64,000 bases of DNA from NCBI GenBank assembly GCA_049521055.1, contig JBEKPE010000001.1, forward strand, positions 44,837 to 108,836, given 5' to 3'. The notes beneath the pieces are model-generated. The model saw only the letters and a program-made list of their open reading frames with translations, was not told where the DNA came from and did not search any database. Position numbers and translations under genes: made by a program. This document shows, one piece after another, positions 27,175 to 37,479 of the stretch. The stretch's first letter is position 1. The number at the start of each line of letters is the position of its first letter. The stretch is from Candidatus Bathyarchaeia archaeon. Lineage in GTDB: Archaea; Thermoproteota; Bathyarchaeia; 40CM-2-53-6.

Positions 27175-28431
27175 TTAGTCCGTCTCGAGAAGAAGGAGCT
27201 TTGGATCTTCTAGGTATTGTTTGATTGCGTTTACGAAACGGGCTGCCATTGCGCCATCCAATACTCTGTGGTCGAAGGATAGGGAGAGGTAGGTCATGTC
27301 GCGGATTGTGATTTGGTTGTCTTTGACGACTGGCCGTTTGGTGATTTTATGTAGCCCAAGTATCGCGACTTCTGGGTAATTGATTATTGGGGTAGCGAAC
27401 ACTCCGCCGATTCCACCTACGTTGGTTATTGTAAAGGTGCTTCCCTGAACTTCATTCAACGCCAACTGACCTGCATGAGCTTTCTCGCTCAGGGTTGCAA
27501 TTTCTGTTGCGAGTTGAGTTATCGATTTGCGATCGGCATCTTTGACCACCGGAACTACTAACCCCGACTCAGTGTCAGTCGCTATTCCAATATTGTAGTA
27601 TTTCTTGAGCACTATCTCCTCTTTTTCGTCGTCCAAACTGGAGTTTAGGTACGGGTACTGTTTCAGTGCCGGAATTAGCGCCTTCATGACGAAGGGCAGG
27701 TAGGTCAACTTTACTCCACGCTTCTCAGCGGCAGCCTTCGCCGTCTCTCTCAGGTGGACGACTTCGGTCATGTCAACTTCGTCCACGTGGGTTACTTGTG
27801 CCGCCGCATTCTTGGATTTGAGCATATGTTCCGCAACTTTTCTTCGGATTCCGCGTAACGGAACCCGCTCCTCAACACCACGCGGCCCAGAAGTGGTCAC
27901 GGTTACAGCCGCGACCGCTCCCCCTAGCTGTTTGAACCGTTGCACGTCCTCGTCTGTAATTCGGCCTCCGCGGCCAGTTCCCTGGACAACAGATAGGTCT
28001 ACGCCAAGATCTCTCGCAAGCTTTCGAGTCGCAGGTGTCGCTAAGACTTCTTCGGGTTTCCGTGAAACTTGAGGGGGGGTTGTTAGTGGGATTTCTTGGG
28101 GCCTAGCAATCGTGGGTGTTTTCGCGGGTGTGGGAAGAGATGGTTTCGTGGCGACGGGGGTTCTTTCTGATCCCGGAACACTTGGTTGTCCACCTTTCTC
28201 TTCTATTGAGAGGAGAGCTTGTCCTACCTTGACGACTTCGCCCTCTTTGGCCATGAGTTTCTGGATTGTTCCTTGCTTGGGGGAAGGTATCTCTACGTTG
28301 ACCTTATCGGTCATGATCTCGACGAGGGGCTGGTTCTCCTTAATCGAGTCTCCTTCTTTCACAAGCCATTTGACAACCTCGCCTTCAGCCACGCCTTCAC
28401 CTATGTCCGGAAGGCGAAACTCGTAGACCAA
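27175..28431 (-). CDS. 2-oxoacid dehydrogenase E2 dihydrolipoamide acyltransferase
   Basis: N-terminal lipoyl domain (IMTDKVNVEIPSP), PSBD segment and C-terminal catalytic DHRVLDGA. Confidence 0.9.
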   Translation of the reverse strand: MVYEFRLPDIGEGVAEGEVVKWLVKEGDSIKENQPLVEIMTDKVNVEIPSPKQGTIQKLMAKEGEVVKVGQALLSIEEKGGQPSVPGSERTPVATKPSLPTPAKTPTIARPQEIPLTTPPQVSRKPEEVLATPATRKLARDLGVDLSVVQGTGRGGRITDEDVQRFKQLGGAVAAVTVTTSGPRGVEERVPLRGIRRKVAEHMLKSKNAAAQVTHVDEVDMTEVVHLRETAKAAAEKRGVKLTYLPFVMKALIPALKQYPYLNSSLDDEKEEIVLKKYYNIGIATDTESGLVVPVVKDADRKSITQLATEIATLSEKAHAGQLALNEVQGSTFTITNVGGIGGVFATPIINYPEVAILGLHKITKRPVVKDNQITIRDMTYLSLSFDHRVLDGAMAARFVNAIKQYLEDPKLLLLETD

Positions 28432-28451
28432 TTAGTATCACTTTGTCCTGG

Positions 28452-29426
28452 TTAGAAGTTGTGGACTTTTTCGATTGCTGTTAGGACCCGAGTGGCGTTG
28501 GGCATGTATTCGTCTTCGAGAACGTATGGGAACGGGACGTCGAAGCCTGCTACCCGTAGGATAGGCGCCTTCAAACTTAGAATGCAACGTTCCGCGATCT
28601 GTGCCGCTATTTCTGCGCCGAACCCGCAGGTCTTGCATGCTTCGTGTAGAATCACAACCCTTCCTGTTTTCTTAACTGAATTGATGATTGTTTCGATGTC
28701 GAAGGGTACGATGGTTCTGATGTCAACCACTTCCACATTGATGCCTTTGGCCGCCGCAAGTTCCGCCGCTTCCAATGCTACGTGGAGCATCGCCCCGTAA
28801 GCGAACACGACTACATCATTACCCTCGCGAGCGATGTTGGCCTTGCCTATGGGGACTGTGTATTCCTCGTCGGGTACCTCTCCGCGGACTGTTCGATAGA
28901 TTTTCTTCGGCTCAAGAAACATGACAGGATCGGGATCGCGCATTGCGGATGTGAGTAGGCCTTTGGCGTCGTAGGGTGTTGCTGGAATCACAACTTTGAG
29001 TCCCGGTGTGTGGGCGAAGAAGGCTTCAGTGCTTTGAGAATGGTAATGGCTGCCCCTGATACCGCCCCCGTAAGGGGTCCTGATCACGACTGGGGTTGTG
29101 TATTGGCCTCCGGATCGGTATCGGAACTTGGCAAGTTCGCTTTGGATTTGGTCGAACCCTGGGTAAATGAAATCCATGAACTGAATCTCCGGTACAGGCC
29201 TTAACCCATAGAGGGCCATTCCGATGGAGACCCCGATGATTCCTGATTCGGCGAGGGGTGTGTCGATGACGCGGTTTGGGCCAAATTCTTGGTATAATCC
29301 TTCAGTTGCTCGAAAAACGCCGCCGTTGATGCCTACATCTTCACCCAGTATTACCACCTTGTCGTTTCGCGTCATCTCTTCCCGTAACGCGTGGTTGACT
29401 GCTTGAACCACGTTCAGAACGGTCAA
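28452..29426 (-). CDS. 2-oxoacid dehydrogenase E1 beta subunit
   Basis: Transketolase-like pyrimidine-binding and C-terminal domains. Confidence 0.9.
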   Translation of the reverse strand: MTVLNVVQAVNHALREEMTRNDKVVILGEDVGINGGVFRATEGLYQEFGPNRVIDTPLAESGIIGVSIGMALYGLRPVPEIQFMDFIYPGFDQIQSELAKFRYRSGGQYTTPVVIRTPYGGGIRGSHYHSQSTEAFFAHTPGLKVVIPATPYDAKGLLTSAMRDPDPVMFLEPKKIYRTVRGEVPDEEYTVPIGKANIAREGNDVVVFAYGAMLHVALEAAELAAAKGINVEVVDIRTIVPFDIETIINSVKKTGRVVILHEACKTCGFGAEIAAQIAERCILSLKAPILRVAGFDVPFPYVLEDEYMPNATRVLTAIEKVHNF

Positions 29427-30511
29427 TTATGGTCCCCTTGCTGCTTCTCTTCGCGCAGCTCTCTCAACTGTTCTTCGAGATTCCACGGCATTTCGGCGTA
29501 CACATCTGTGAATAGGGTTTCGAGTGCGGGTTTCGGTAGTTTCTCAGCGTGCTGGACCGCTTCGTCTATTTCGCGGTTTGTTTCATCCTGTGTCTTCTTT
29601 TCTTCCGCTTCGCTCCACATTCCCTTCCATTCCAGGTACTTTCGGAATCGTACCAGTGGATCTCGTTTCTGCCATTCTTCTAGTTCTTGTTGTGAACTGT
29701 AGCGTTTTGGATCATCCGAAGACGAGTGTGCGCCCATGCGGTAGGTGACGGCTTCAATGAGAGTTGGGCCTCCACCCTTACGTGCTTTTTCGACGGCGTC
29801 TTTTGTGGTGCGATAGACAGCGAGAATATCGTTTCCGTCGACGCGAATACCTTCGAACCCGTAGGCCTGCGCCTTGATGGCTATAGTCTCAGAAGCGGTC
29901 TGTCGCTCGACCGGGACGGAAATGGCCCAATGGTTGTTTATGCAGAAGAATACGGTTGGAGTCTTGTATACGCCGGCGAAATTCATCCCCGTATGAAAAT
30001 CGTTTTCAGACGTGCCCCCGTCTCCGAAGTAAGTCAGCGTCACTATCGGGTCTCCTTTGATCTTCGCTGCGAGGGCCACGCCAACTGCCTGTGGGAGTTG
30101 CGTTGCTATGGGTGCGGATCCCGTAACGTAATTAGCGGTCTTGACGCCGAAGAGATTGGTCAGCTGTCGACCTTTCTGAACGTCTTCAGCATTAGCAAAG
30201 TATTGGTCGAGTAGTTGATTGAGTGTGATGCCGCGTAGAAGCATTGAACCTATTTCGCGGTATGCGGGGAAAACCCAGTCTTCCGGTTTCAAAGCATAGG
30301 CGCTTCCAATATGCGCAGCTTCCTGCCCCAAACATCCAATGTAGAAACCTATGCGTCCCTGTCGTTGCAATTGTAACCCGCGAGTATCCAGGTTTCTCGT
30401 CAGAACCATTACTCGGTAGAGCCGCTTCAACTCGTCTTTGGGGATGTCTGGCTCCATTTTCGCGACTGACTCACCGCTAGGCTTGATAACCTGCAGTAAC
30501 TCGAGAGTCAA
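29423..30511 (-). CDS. 2-oxoacid dehydrogenase E1 alpha subunit (TPP-dependent)
   Basis: TPP-binding GDGG...N motif region. The stop overlaps the E1beta start. Confidence 0.9.
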   Translation of the reverse strand: MTLELLQVIKPSGESVAKMEPDIPKDELKRLYRVMVLTRNLDTRGLQLQRQGRIGFYIGCLGQEAAHIGSAYALKPEDWVFPAYREIGSMLLRGITLNQLLDQYFANAEDVQKGRQLTNLFGVKTANYVTGSAPIATQLPQAVGVALAAKIKGDPIVTLTYFGDGGTSENDFHTGMNFAGVYKTPTVFFCINNHWAISVPVERQTASETIAIKAQAYGFEGIRVDGNDILAVYRTTKDAVEKARKGGGPTLIEAVTYRMGAHSSSDDPKRYSSQQELEEWQKRDPLVRFRKYLEWKGMWSEAEEKKTQDETNREIDEAVQHAEKLPKPALETLFTDVYAEMPWNLEEQLRELREEKQQGDHN

Positions 30512-30625
30512 ACCTTAACCCCTATTGAGGCTGCGTGAAACGAAGGCAAAGCCGAACTAGGGCTTGTAAAGCTTACTCTTACAACGGGTCGTCTGAGAAA
30601 CTGCTTGCTTCAATGCTGTTAAAGA

Positions 30626-31558
30626 TCAGTTAATGGCTACCATTTTCTTCTTACGAATTAGCGCTTCGAGGAAGAACTCTCCAGCCCTGTATGAGCTCCT
30701 AACAAACGGGCCCGACGCCACGTACAAAAATCCTAGGTCATCAGCAAGGCGCTTGTACCGTTCGAACGTTCCCGGGCTGACATATTCGGCTACTGGAATA
30801 TGGCCCTTCGATGGTCGAAGGTACTGGCCAAGGGTTAGAACGTCTACATCTGCTCGCCTCAAGTCTTCCATGGTCTTGACGATATCACTCTCGGTTTCGC
30901 CCAAGCCGAGCATAATAGATGATTTCGAGTATACTGAGGAGTCGACTTCCTTGATGTGCTTGAGAACTCGAAGCGATTGTTCGTAGGTTGCTCTTGGATC
31001 TCGCACTTTCGGTGTTAGCGTTTTGGTGGTTTCGATGTTATGCGCAACCACTTCGGATCCCGCGTCTACCACTTTCTTCACGTCGTCCAGATTTCCTTGA
31101 AAGTCGGGTATGAGGACTTCAGTGATTACGTTTGGATCTCGCTTCTTGATCGCTCGTATTGTGGATGCGAAGTGTCCCGCACCGCCATCGGGAAGGTCAT
31201 CTCGGTCGACGGATGTTATCACCACGTACCGTAATCCCAAGTCCGCGATGGCATCCGCAACCTTCACCGGCTCGAAAAGATCCAACGCGCCGTGCGGGTT
31301 TCCGCTATTAACCATGCAAAAGCGGCAACCACGAGTACATGTGTCACCCATCAGCATGAAAGTTGCCGTTCCGCCGCCCCAACATTCAGCCACGTTCGGA
31401 CAGTGCGCTTCCTCACAGACGGTGTGGAGGCTATGATTTCGCAGGAGACCTTTGATCTTCGCGTAATTGTCGCCCGACGGAGCCCTCACACGTAACCAAT
31501 CCGGCTTCCCCTTTGGCTCAACATCTTGAATCTGGATCACGTGCGAGTATCTGGGCAT
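30626..31558 (-). CDS. lipA: lipoyl synthase LipA
   Basis: CEEAHCPN auxiliary cluster and CTRGCRFC radical-SAM motif. Confidence 0.9.
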   Translation of the reverse strand: MPRYSHVIQIQDVEPKGKPDWLRVRAPSGDNYAKIKGLLRNHSLHTVCEEAHCPNVAECWGGGTATFMLMGDTCTRGCRFCMVNSGNPHGALDLFEPVKVADAIADLGLRYVVITSVDRDDLPDGGAGHFASTIRAIKKRDPNVITEVLIPDFQGNLDDVKKVVDAGSEVVAHNIETTKTLTPKVRDPRATYEQSLRVLKHIKEVDSSVYSKSSIMLGLGETESDIVKTMEDLRRADVDVLTLGQYLRPSKGHIPVAEYVSPGTFERYKRLADDLGFLYVASGPFVRSSYRAGEFFLEALIRKKKMVAIN

Positions 31559-31662
31559 GCGCGGCCGGACCTGACCAGATCAAATCCTCAATGCTCCGTA
31601 ATTGTACCTTTTGCTTAGGTGGTTCCGAAACCTCACTCCATGATTTGCTTTCAACCGTTGAA

Positions 31663-31705
31663 GGGTGGGATACACCCTTTGGGGGGGTGTGACCCACCCT
31701 CGGCG
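31663..31705. repeat. diverged copy C of GC-rich hairpin element (GGGTGGGATACACCC / GGGGGGGTGTGACCCACCCTCGG)
   Basis: Weaker similarity to copies A and B. Lies about 100 bp upstream of lipA. Confidence 0.35.
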
Positions 31706-31894
31706 TTCTGAACTTTCACAACCGGATGTAGTAGTCGGCTACTACATCCGACGAAGCATGGCCCACCGCTACCCGAATGGCAGAAGGGTCCGTGCCAAAG
31801 AAGATCCATGGTGCGGCACCTTCATCGTAATAGGGAAGGCGATTGCAAGGGAGGCTACAGTTGGTTAGGCGGACAAGTCGGGGTTTGTTTGTGA

Positions 31895-33187
31895 TTGGCT
31901 GAGAGCACGCCGCAGAATGCGGGTCAACAGGCTGGCCTACGAAAAGCGATTCGGTTGAGGCATGCTGTGGCGTTGTACGCGAGTTCAGTTCTAGGGTCTG
32001 GTATTCTAGTTCTCCCGGGACTGACGGCAAAAATCGCCGGCCCCGCCTCCCTCCTGGCCTGGGTGTTTCTTTCGTTGGCCAGCTATCCGTTCGCCTACAC
32101 TTTTGCGTCCCTGTCTGCGCGCCGTCCTGAGTCTGGGGGGATCTACGCGTTCGCGAGGGAATGTTTCGGGTTTCGGGTTGGGGCAGTGGTTGGGTGGTTG
32201 TTTGCGTTCTGTGTGATTACGGGTGCGCCTGCGGTTACGCTGATCGCTGCGTCGTATATCGGCTACGCGTTCCCCCTCAGCACGGCTGAGACGTACCTGA
32301 TAGCATTCGGAATTGTTGCTTCAGCTTTCGCGATAAATTATAGGGGAATTGTGATCAGCACTAGAATTCAGTTGGCGATCGTCGTCTCTATAGTTGCGTT
32401 ACTCGTCGCGACAATCGCCTCGTCCGCCTTCTTTGTCAAGCCACAAAATTTTGAACCGTTTTTTACTGCCGGCCCGTTGGCGGTGGGAACGGCCGCCGCC
32501 TTGATTTTCTGGTCGTACATAGGATATGAGAACACTTCAAACGTGGCTGAGGAGTTTGAGAATCCGAAGAAGGATTTTCATCGCAGCATAGTACTCAGCG
32601 TATTGTTGATCAGTTTTCTGCAAATAGCAGTCGCCTTTGTCACCATTGGGACCCACGCGTATGAGGCGGGAGGGAGCGTGGCGCCGTTCGCGGTGATTTT
32701 GTCAAACGTGATGGGCAGATATGCTGGGGAGGGGACGGCGTTGGTTGCAGTTTTCATAATATTCGGGACGGTGAACGCTTACACGACTGGCGTGTCGAGG
32801 CTGTTGTATGCGGTGGCAAGGGATGGTGGGCTCCCACGGGCGTTAGCTCACATTAACCCCAAGACCGGAGCCCCGGACAGTATTCTGATTGCACTCGTCG
32901 GCACATTTGTGGTGGTACTTGTCGTGTACTATTTTTCGCAGATGGATTTAGCAACGGCACTCTTGGTCCCAAGCGGGTCGTTCATTCTGCTTTACGTGGT
33001 GGGCTCAGCTGCGGGAGTGAAGCTGCTTGGCCGACCCAAGCGAGCCGGATTGAACTTCTATCTTCCGTTAACGTCTTTGGCTATTTCGCTCATCGTTCTT
33101 CCATTCATCGGCCTGCTACTTGTCCCGAGCCTCGTAGTTGTCGGCGTGGCAGCAGTCTACATTTACTTGACCAAGCGAACTGTTTAG
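31895..33187 (+). CDS. APC-superfamily amino acid permease
   Basis: 12-TM pattern typical of APC transporters. Confidence 0.8.
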   Translation: MAESTPQNAGQQAGLRKAIRLRHAVALYASSVLGSGILVLPGLTAKIAGPASLLAWVFLSLASYPFAYTFASLSARRPESGGIYAFARECFGFRVGAVVGWLFAFCVITGAPAVTLIAASYIGYAFPLSTAETYLIAFGIVASAFAINYRGIVISTRIQLAIVVSIVALLVATIASSAFFVKPQNFEPFFTAGPLAVGTAAALIFWSYIGYENTSNVAEEFENPKKDFHRSIVLSVLLISFLQIAVAFVTIGTHAYEAGGSVAPFAVILSNVMGRYAGEGTALVAVFIIFGTVNAYTTGVSRLLYAVARDGGLPRALAHINPKTGAPDSILIALVGTFVVVLVVYYFSQMDLATALLVPSGSFILLYVVGSAAGVKLLGRPKRAGLNFYLPLTSLAISLIVLPFIGLLLVPSLVVVGVAAVYIYLTKRTV

Positions 33188-33495
33188 ATTTTGAACCCGA
33201 ATGCAGAAGCGAACGATTCGACTCTTCTAAAATTGTTGAGGAACTCGATGCCTTTCTGTGTTAAGCTGTAGACCTTATCGTCTGTTCCAGTCTCTTGTAT
33301 GACTCCTAAGGTCTTTAGTTCTTCGAGATATTTGATGAGTCGATCATGGGATAAGTTAGCTCCGTAGAGGATTCTAGTAGGCTTCGCTTGGTTGCTCTCA
33401 CGCTGAATGACGTACATCACGTCCACATAGATTCGAAGTTGTGAGCGATACTTTGCAGTAGGCTTTACAGCTTGGCCCTGCGCGCCGGGGATCAT
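33184..33495 (-). CDS. winged-helix DNA-binding protein
   Basis: LSHDRLIKYLEELKTLGVIQE...YSLTQKGIEFL resembles a wHTH fold. Overlaps the upstream membrane gene by 4 bp. Confidence 0.5.
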   Translation of the reverse strand: MIPGAQGQAVKPTAKYRSQLRIYVDVMYVIQRESNQAKPTRILYGANLSHDRLIKYLEELKTLGVIQETGTDDKVYSLTQKGIEFLNNFRRVESFASAFGFKI

Positions 33496-34115
33496 ACGGG
33501 TTGATTCACCCTAAGCAGCATAGCCAACAAAAGAAGGAAACCAAACAATTGCGCGATCTGGGCAAACGGAAAGAAGAGAGGAGCTACGGTGAAAATTAGA
33601 AAGAATACGTGGGCCACTGAAAGCGAGGCAAATGCGCCGAAAACTAGCATTGAATTCGTATTCTTGTTCATGCTATAGTTGATCGCGGTTTGAGTAGCAA
33701 TGTAGACGAGGAGAAAGATCAGGATAAGTTCCGTTACGGCGTTGCGTTCGAAGAACAATATCGGAACAGCTGCCAGCACCGCGGTCGAAGTGGTTACATT
33801 CCGAGCCTGGTGAACATACGCGTATACTAGTAATCCGTAGGCAACTAGTTGCGCGAGGAAGTTGATCGAGTAGCCGACACCAAAAAGGTACAGAGACCCT
33901 CCGCGAAGACGAGCGAGAAGAACGATTAGGCTAGAGAGCCCGTCGATCAGCAAGCCAGCGCCGATTAGAACGAAGCTCAGGTTAAGGTAGAGAAGAGTCT
34001 TCTCCTTCGATAGCTTGTAGCCCTTCAAGGCTTGATATGCGACAGCGATCGCGATCACGAACGCTATGAACTCCATCAAGGAGTCGAAACCAAAGAACCA
34101 GGAAGGACCAACCAA
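33492..34115 (-). CDS. membrane protein (hypothetical, about 6 TM)
   Basis: Hydrophobic helices. Co-operonic with the wHTH gene. Confidence 0.5.
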   Translation of the reverse strand: MVGPSWFFGFDSLMEFIAFVIAIAVAYQALKGYKLSKEKTLLYLNLSFVLIGAGLLIDGLSSLIVLLARLRGGSLYLFGVGYSINFLAQLVAYGLLVYAYVHQARNVTTSTAVLAAVPILFFERNAVTELILIFLLVYIATQTAINYSMNKNTNSMLVFGAFASLSVAHVFFLIFTVAPLFFPFAQIAQLFGFLLLLAMLLRVNQPV

Positions 34116-34233
34116 TAGGGCTCAGATCCCGCTGAGCTTTACCAAACCTAGCGTACTTTTCAGCATTGCGTACTATTCGTTCATCGAAAAAATCCTCTCT
34201 GAAGGAGAGGTTTCATGTGAGGAATTCGATGTT

Positions 34234-34395
34234 CTACATTGTTGCGAGCTGCACAAGTTTACCGTTCGTGAAGAAGCCTTTGAGCCCACATTCCTCGCAA
34301 TGGGCTCCCAGCTGAAGGTCGGAACCCTCCTCGTAGTATACGTCTAATGCCTTTTGTCCGCATCTTGGGCAGACATCGCCTTCGACCTTATCCAT
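34234..34395 (-). CDS. small zinc-ribbon protein (53 aa; below ORF-track size cutoff)
   Basis: Hand translation gives MDKVEGDVCPRCGQKALDVYYEEGSDLQLGAHCEECGLKGFFTNGKLVQLATM*. Confidence 0.35.
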   Translation of the reverse strand: MDKVEGDVCPRCGQKALDVYYEEGSDLQLGAHCEECGLKGFFTNGKLVQLATM

Positions 34396-34557
34396 CAGTA
34401 ACCAAGAGATTTACACATACACGTCCATATAGGCATGAGAGATGACTGAAAATAACAATAATCAGCCAAAAACCGGTGCTTTTCTCCCTTCCGCAGGGTG
34501 AAAACGAATGAGCGGAGGATGGGCGAAGCGGTGGCGGCACCTCCCGCGTATAGAATC

Positions 34558-35799
34558 TTAGGCCAGTAGCGGGAGGAGGAGGGGAGTTTCTTCTTTCTTC
34601 ACTTCATTCCATTGAAATCCGAGTTCGGTAAAGGCCTTCATGATTGGGCTGGGGGCTAGTGCTTCTGGTGGGAATACTCCTTTTTCCTTAATCTCCCCGC
34701 GGGCCAGTAGGGTTGCTGCGGTGGCTGGTGGGAGTGCGGTCTGCAAGGCCGTCGCGGTAACGCCGTACAGTGCGTAGGCTTCGGCATGGCTCATTATGTT
34801 GTAGATGTAGTGGCCGTATCTCTTCCCCGCCTTTTCGCCGATGACCATGCTGCCTATGCAGGTATAGCCGTTGGTTCCGCTTTGAAGTCGATGATCATTT
34901 GGGGATGGCATACAGGCGGTTACGACGTCGCGGGGTGCGACTTCGATCCCCTTAACGTTGATTGGGGAGGGGTTGACGAGGCCTAGTTTCTTGAGTACTC
35001 GCATGGTTTCCACTGTTTCGGTGCTAAGGGATATCATGAAGTTGCATTCGTTGCATTTTATGTAGCGGCCTAATGTTTGTGGTTCTTCGTGATCCACTGC
35101 CCAAACGCGTAACTTTCCAATTGGCTGTGGGAAGTCCCATACCTCGCTTCTTGTGAGTGAAGGCACTCTCTCGTAATGGCCGTTGGTCCAGACGAGGGCA
35201 TCGGCGTAGGCGACTTCTTCAATGAATGTGTCGGGAGACCATAGGGACACTAGTCCGTCGAAGCCTCCGGTGCTGGCGTTGTCTCCGTCTCTGATTAGGA
35301 TGCGGTCTACCGAATCTAGTTGGTCAGCGGCGTACCTGGCGAATACGTTTACTGCTCCTGGGTCGGCGCCCCAGCAAACCATCGCGGATAGTCCAGCGCT
35401 TTTCCACGCGGCGTCCTGTTCAAGCTGGTAATCGATAGGTACTTTGTGGATTCTGTCTCCAGCCCTTGAATTCGCTACGCATATGTCGGTTGCCATGTCC
35501 ATGTAGTTCGCGCCGCTCTCGAGGGTTGCTCTCATGATTTTGAGGAAGAAGCGTGGGAGTGTGGCGTTGATTACGAGATCAGCGTGAACATCCTTCATAC
35601 CTTTCTTCATATCGGCAATGTTGTTAGCATTCAAGGCGATGGCGGTCATCTTAACTGGGCCGCTTAGATTTCCAATCATGCGTTGTGCTGTTTCCTGTTT
35701 CAGGTCGGCGAGAATGATTTCGTCGAACTCTGGGCGCGACTGCAGGATCTTTCCGATGACGGAACCGATCGCGCCTGCACCAATTATGAGAACTCGCAT
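34558..35799 (-). CDS. saccharopine dehydrogenase family NAD(P)-binding protein
   Basis: MRVLIIGAGAIGSVIG Rossmann N-terminus and Sacchrp_dh-like length. Confidence 0.75.
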   Translation of the reverse strand: MRVLIIGAGAIGSVIGKILQSRPEFDEIILADLKQETAQRMIGNLSGPVKMTAIALNANNIADMKKGMKDVHADLVINATLPRFFLKIMRATLESGANYMDMATDICVANSRAGDRIHKVPIDYQLEQDAAWKSAGLSAMVCWGADPGAVNVFARYAADQLDSVDRILIRDGDNASTGGFDGLVSLWSPDTFIEEVAYADALVWTNGHYERVPSLTRSEVWDFPQPIGKLRVWAVDHEEPQTLGRYIKCNECNFMISLSTETVETMRVLKKLGLVNPSPINVKGIEVAPRDVVTACMPSPNDHRLQSGTNGYTCIGSMVIGEKAGKRYGHYIYNIMSHAEAYALYGVTATALQTALPPATAATLLARGEIKEKGVFPPEALAPSPIMKAFTELGFQWNEVKKEETPLLLPLLA

Positions 35800-36462
35800 G
35801 ACTCATTTTCCTCCAAATACTTCCTCTACCATTCTCTACCTTATTCCACCATATAAGTCAGTATCGCGGTATTCTTGTTCGTTTTCTGGGTTTTCTTGAC
35901 GAAAAACTGCGATTTTCGAGGCAAAACCGGGCCTGAAAACAGCGATTACTGAAAATCAACCATTTCTTGAAGCATTAAACGCGTTCTTTAACCTAATTTC
36001 AACAAATCGGCAAAGGTGTTCACGGCTGGCCACCCTTCGGAAAAAGGTGTTCACCGGCGGCCACTTGGCGCTAGGAAACCAGGGTGTCTGACACAGTGAC
36101 TGACACCGTGATTTGTTCCGTCAAACGACTGGATCTCTTCCTTTCCTGCAACTGTCAGACGGTTACGCCGTAACTGTAGGACAGTTGTTCACGAAGTAAC
36201 CAACCATCACCTACAAGCCGAGTCCAAGCTGGACCCACCCCCCCTAGGGGGGGGGTATCGGAGCCCACGCGCTGTGAAACACATAGTTGGCGTGGATGGG
36301 GTTGATGTTTGAACTGGGCTACAGTTCAATTCAACTGGGCCACAGATGGAGGCTAAGAAGGTTGATTCAACAGTTACACTCTCGCATTCGATCCTGATTT
36401 TGGGGTCTAACTATGTTTGCTGATTTTTCGGATGCAATATTAGTATCAGCATTCAACCCTTT

Positions 36463-37479
36463 GTGGGGTTGAGGCATTCGGGTGCGGCTGCCGATCCTGA
36501 TCTTCTGAAGGTTAGCGATCTCACTCTCGACTATGCAACCGTCGACCGAAGAGTACGCGTACTTCAGAACGTCTCATTGCGTGTGAAGAAAGGGGAGATA
36601 CTAGGCGTTGTGGGCGAAAGCGGATCAGGGAAAACAACGCTTGGGTTGTCGATAATCGGCCTCTTAGACTCGCCACCCGCGGATATCATCGGTGGTTCCA
36701 TAGCCTTCGAAAACAAAGACTTGCTCAAGCTCAACGATACCGAACTCACACAATTTAGAGGGCCCGGAATAGGAATGGTGTTCCAAGAATCCCTGGCAGC
36801 CCTAAATCCGGTCTACAGAACTGATACACAGCTTAAGGAATCGATTGAAGTTCTTCGACGAGCTCAGAGGTTGAATCTTTCAGCGAAAGAAGAATGGAAA
36901 ATGATGGTGGAGATCCTCAACGATTTGCGCCTCGACAAACCTGAGTGGGTCCTGAAGAAATATCCTCACGAACTTTCCGGCGGGATGAGGCAAAGGGTCT
37001 CGATAGCAATGGCCATCGTGGAGAAGCCGAAGCTTCTGATATTGGATGAAGTAACTACCGGGCTTGATGTGTACGTCCAGAATAGGATACTGAACATTCT
37101 GAAGGATTTGAATCGGCGAACAGGAACCGCTATGATGTTCATCACCCACGACTTGATGGTCGCTTCACAGATTTGTGATAGATTGTACGTGATGTACGCA
37201 GGGAGGGTAATGGAGCAGGGCAGTACGGAGCGAATACTGAATGCACCCGCGCATCCCTACACTCAGAAACTCTTCGCTGCAATACCGCACGGGTTCGTTG
37301 ATGCTCCCCCGCTGCCCGCTCCCATTGGCGAAGCCCCCGACCTCAGGAAGCTGCCCACAGGCTGCAAATTCCATCCCAGATGCCCACAAGTGATGCAGAA
37401 ATGCAGAGAGACTGAGCCGCCCGTTTTTGAGACCGACGACGGTCGCGGCGTCTTATGCTGGTTGCTAGAGAAGAAATGA
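36463..37479 (+). CDS. dppD: peptide ABC transporter ATP-binding protein (DppD/OppD-like)
   Basis: Walker A GESGSGKTT, LSGGMRQR signature and C-terminal oligopeptide extension. Confidence 0.85.
   Translation: MGLRHSGAAADPDLLKVSDLTLDYATVDRRVRVLQNVSLRVKKGEILGVVGESGSGKTTLGLSIIGLLDSPPADIIGGSIAFENKDLLKLNDTELTQFRGPGIGMVFQESLAALNPVYRTDTQLKESIEVLRRAQRLNLSAKEEWKMMVEILNDLRLDKPEWVLKKYPHELSGGMRQRVSIAMAIVEKPKLLILDEVTTGLDVYVQNRILNILKDLNRRTGTAMMFITHDLMVASQICDRLYVMYAGRVMEQGSTERILNAPAHPYTQKLFAAIPHGFVDAPPLPAPIGEAPDLRKLPTGCKFHPRCPQVMQKCRETEPPVFETDDGRGVLCWLLEKK

Noticed and set aside
36237-36255. C7-TAG-G9 palindrome considered as a tRNA or attachment site
   Set aside because: There is no cloverleaf, no T-loop GTTCRANYC-like sequence and no flanking tRNA-like structure. 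It is reported only as part of the repeat-rich intergenic region.
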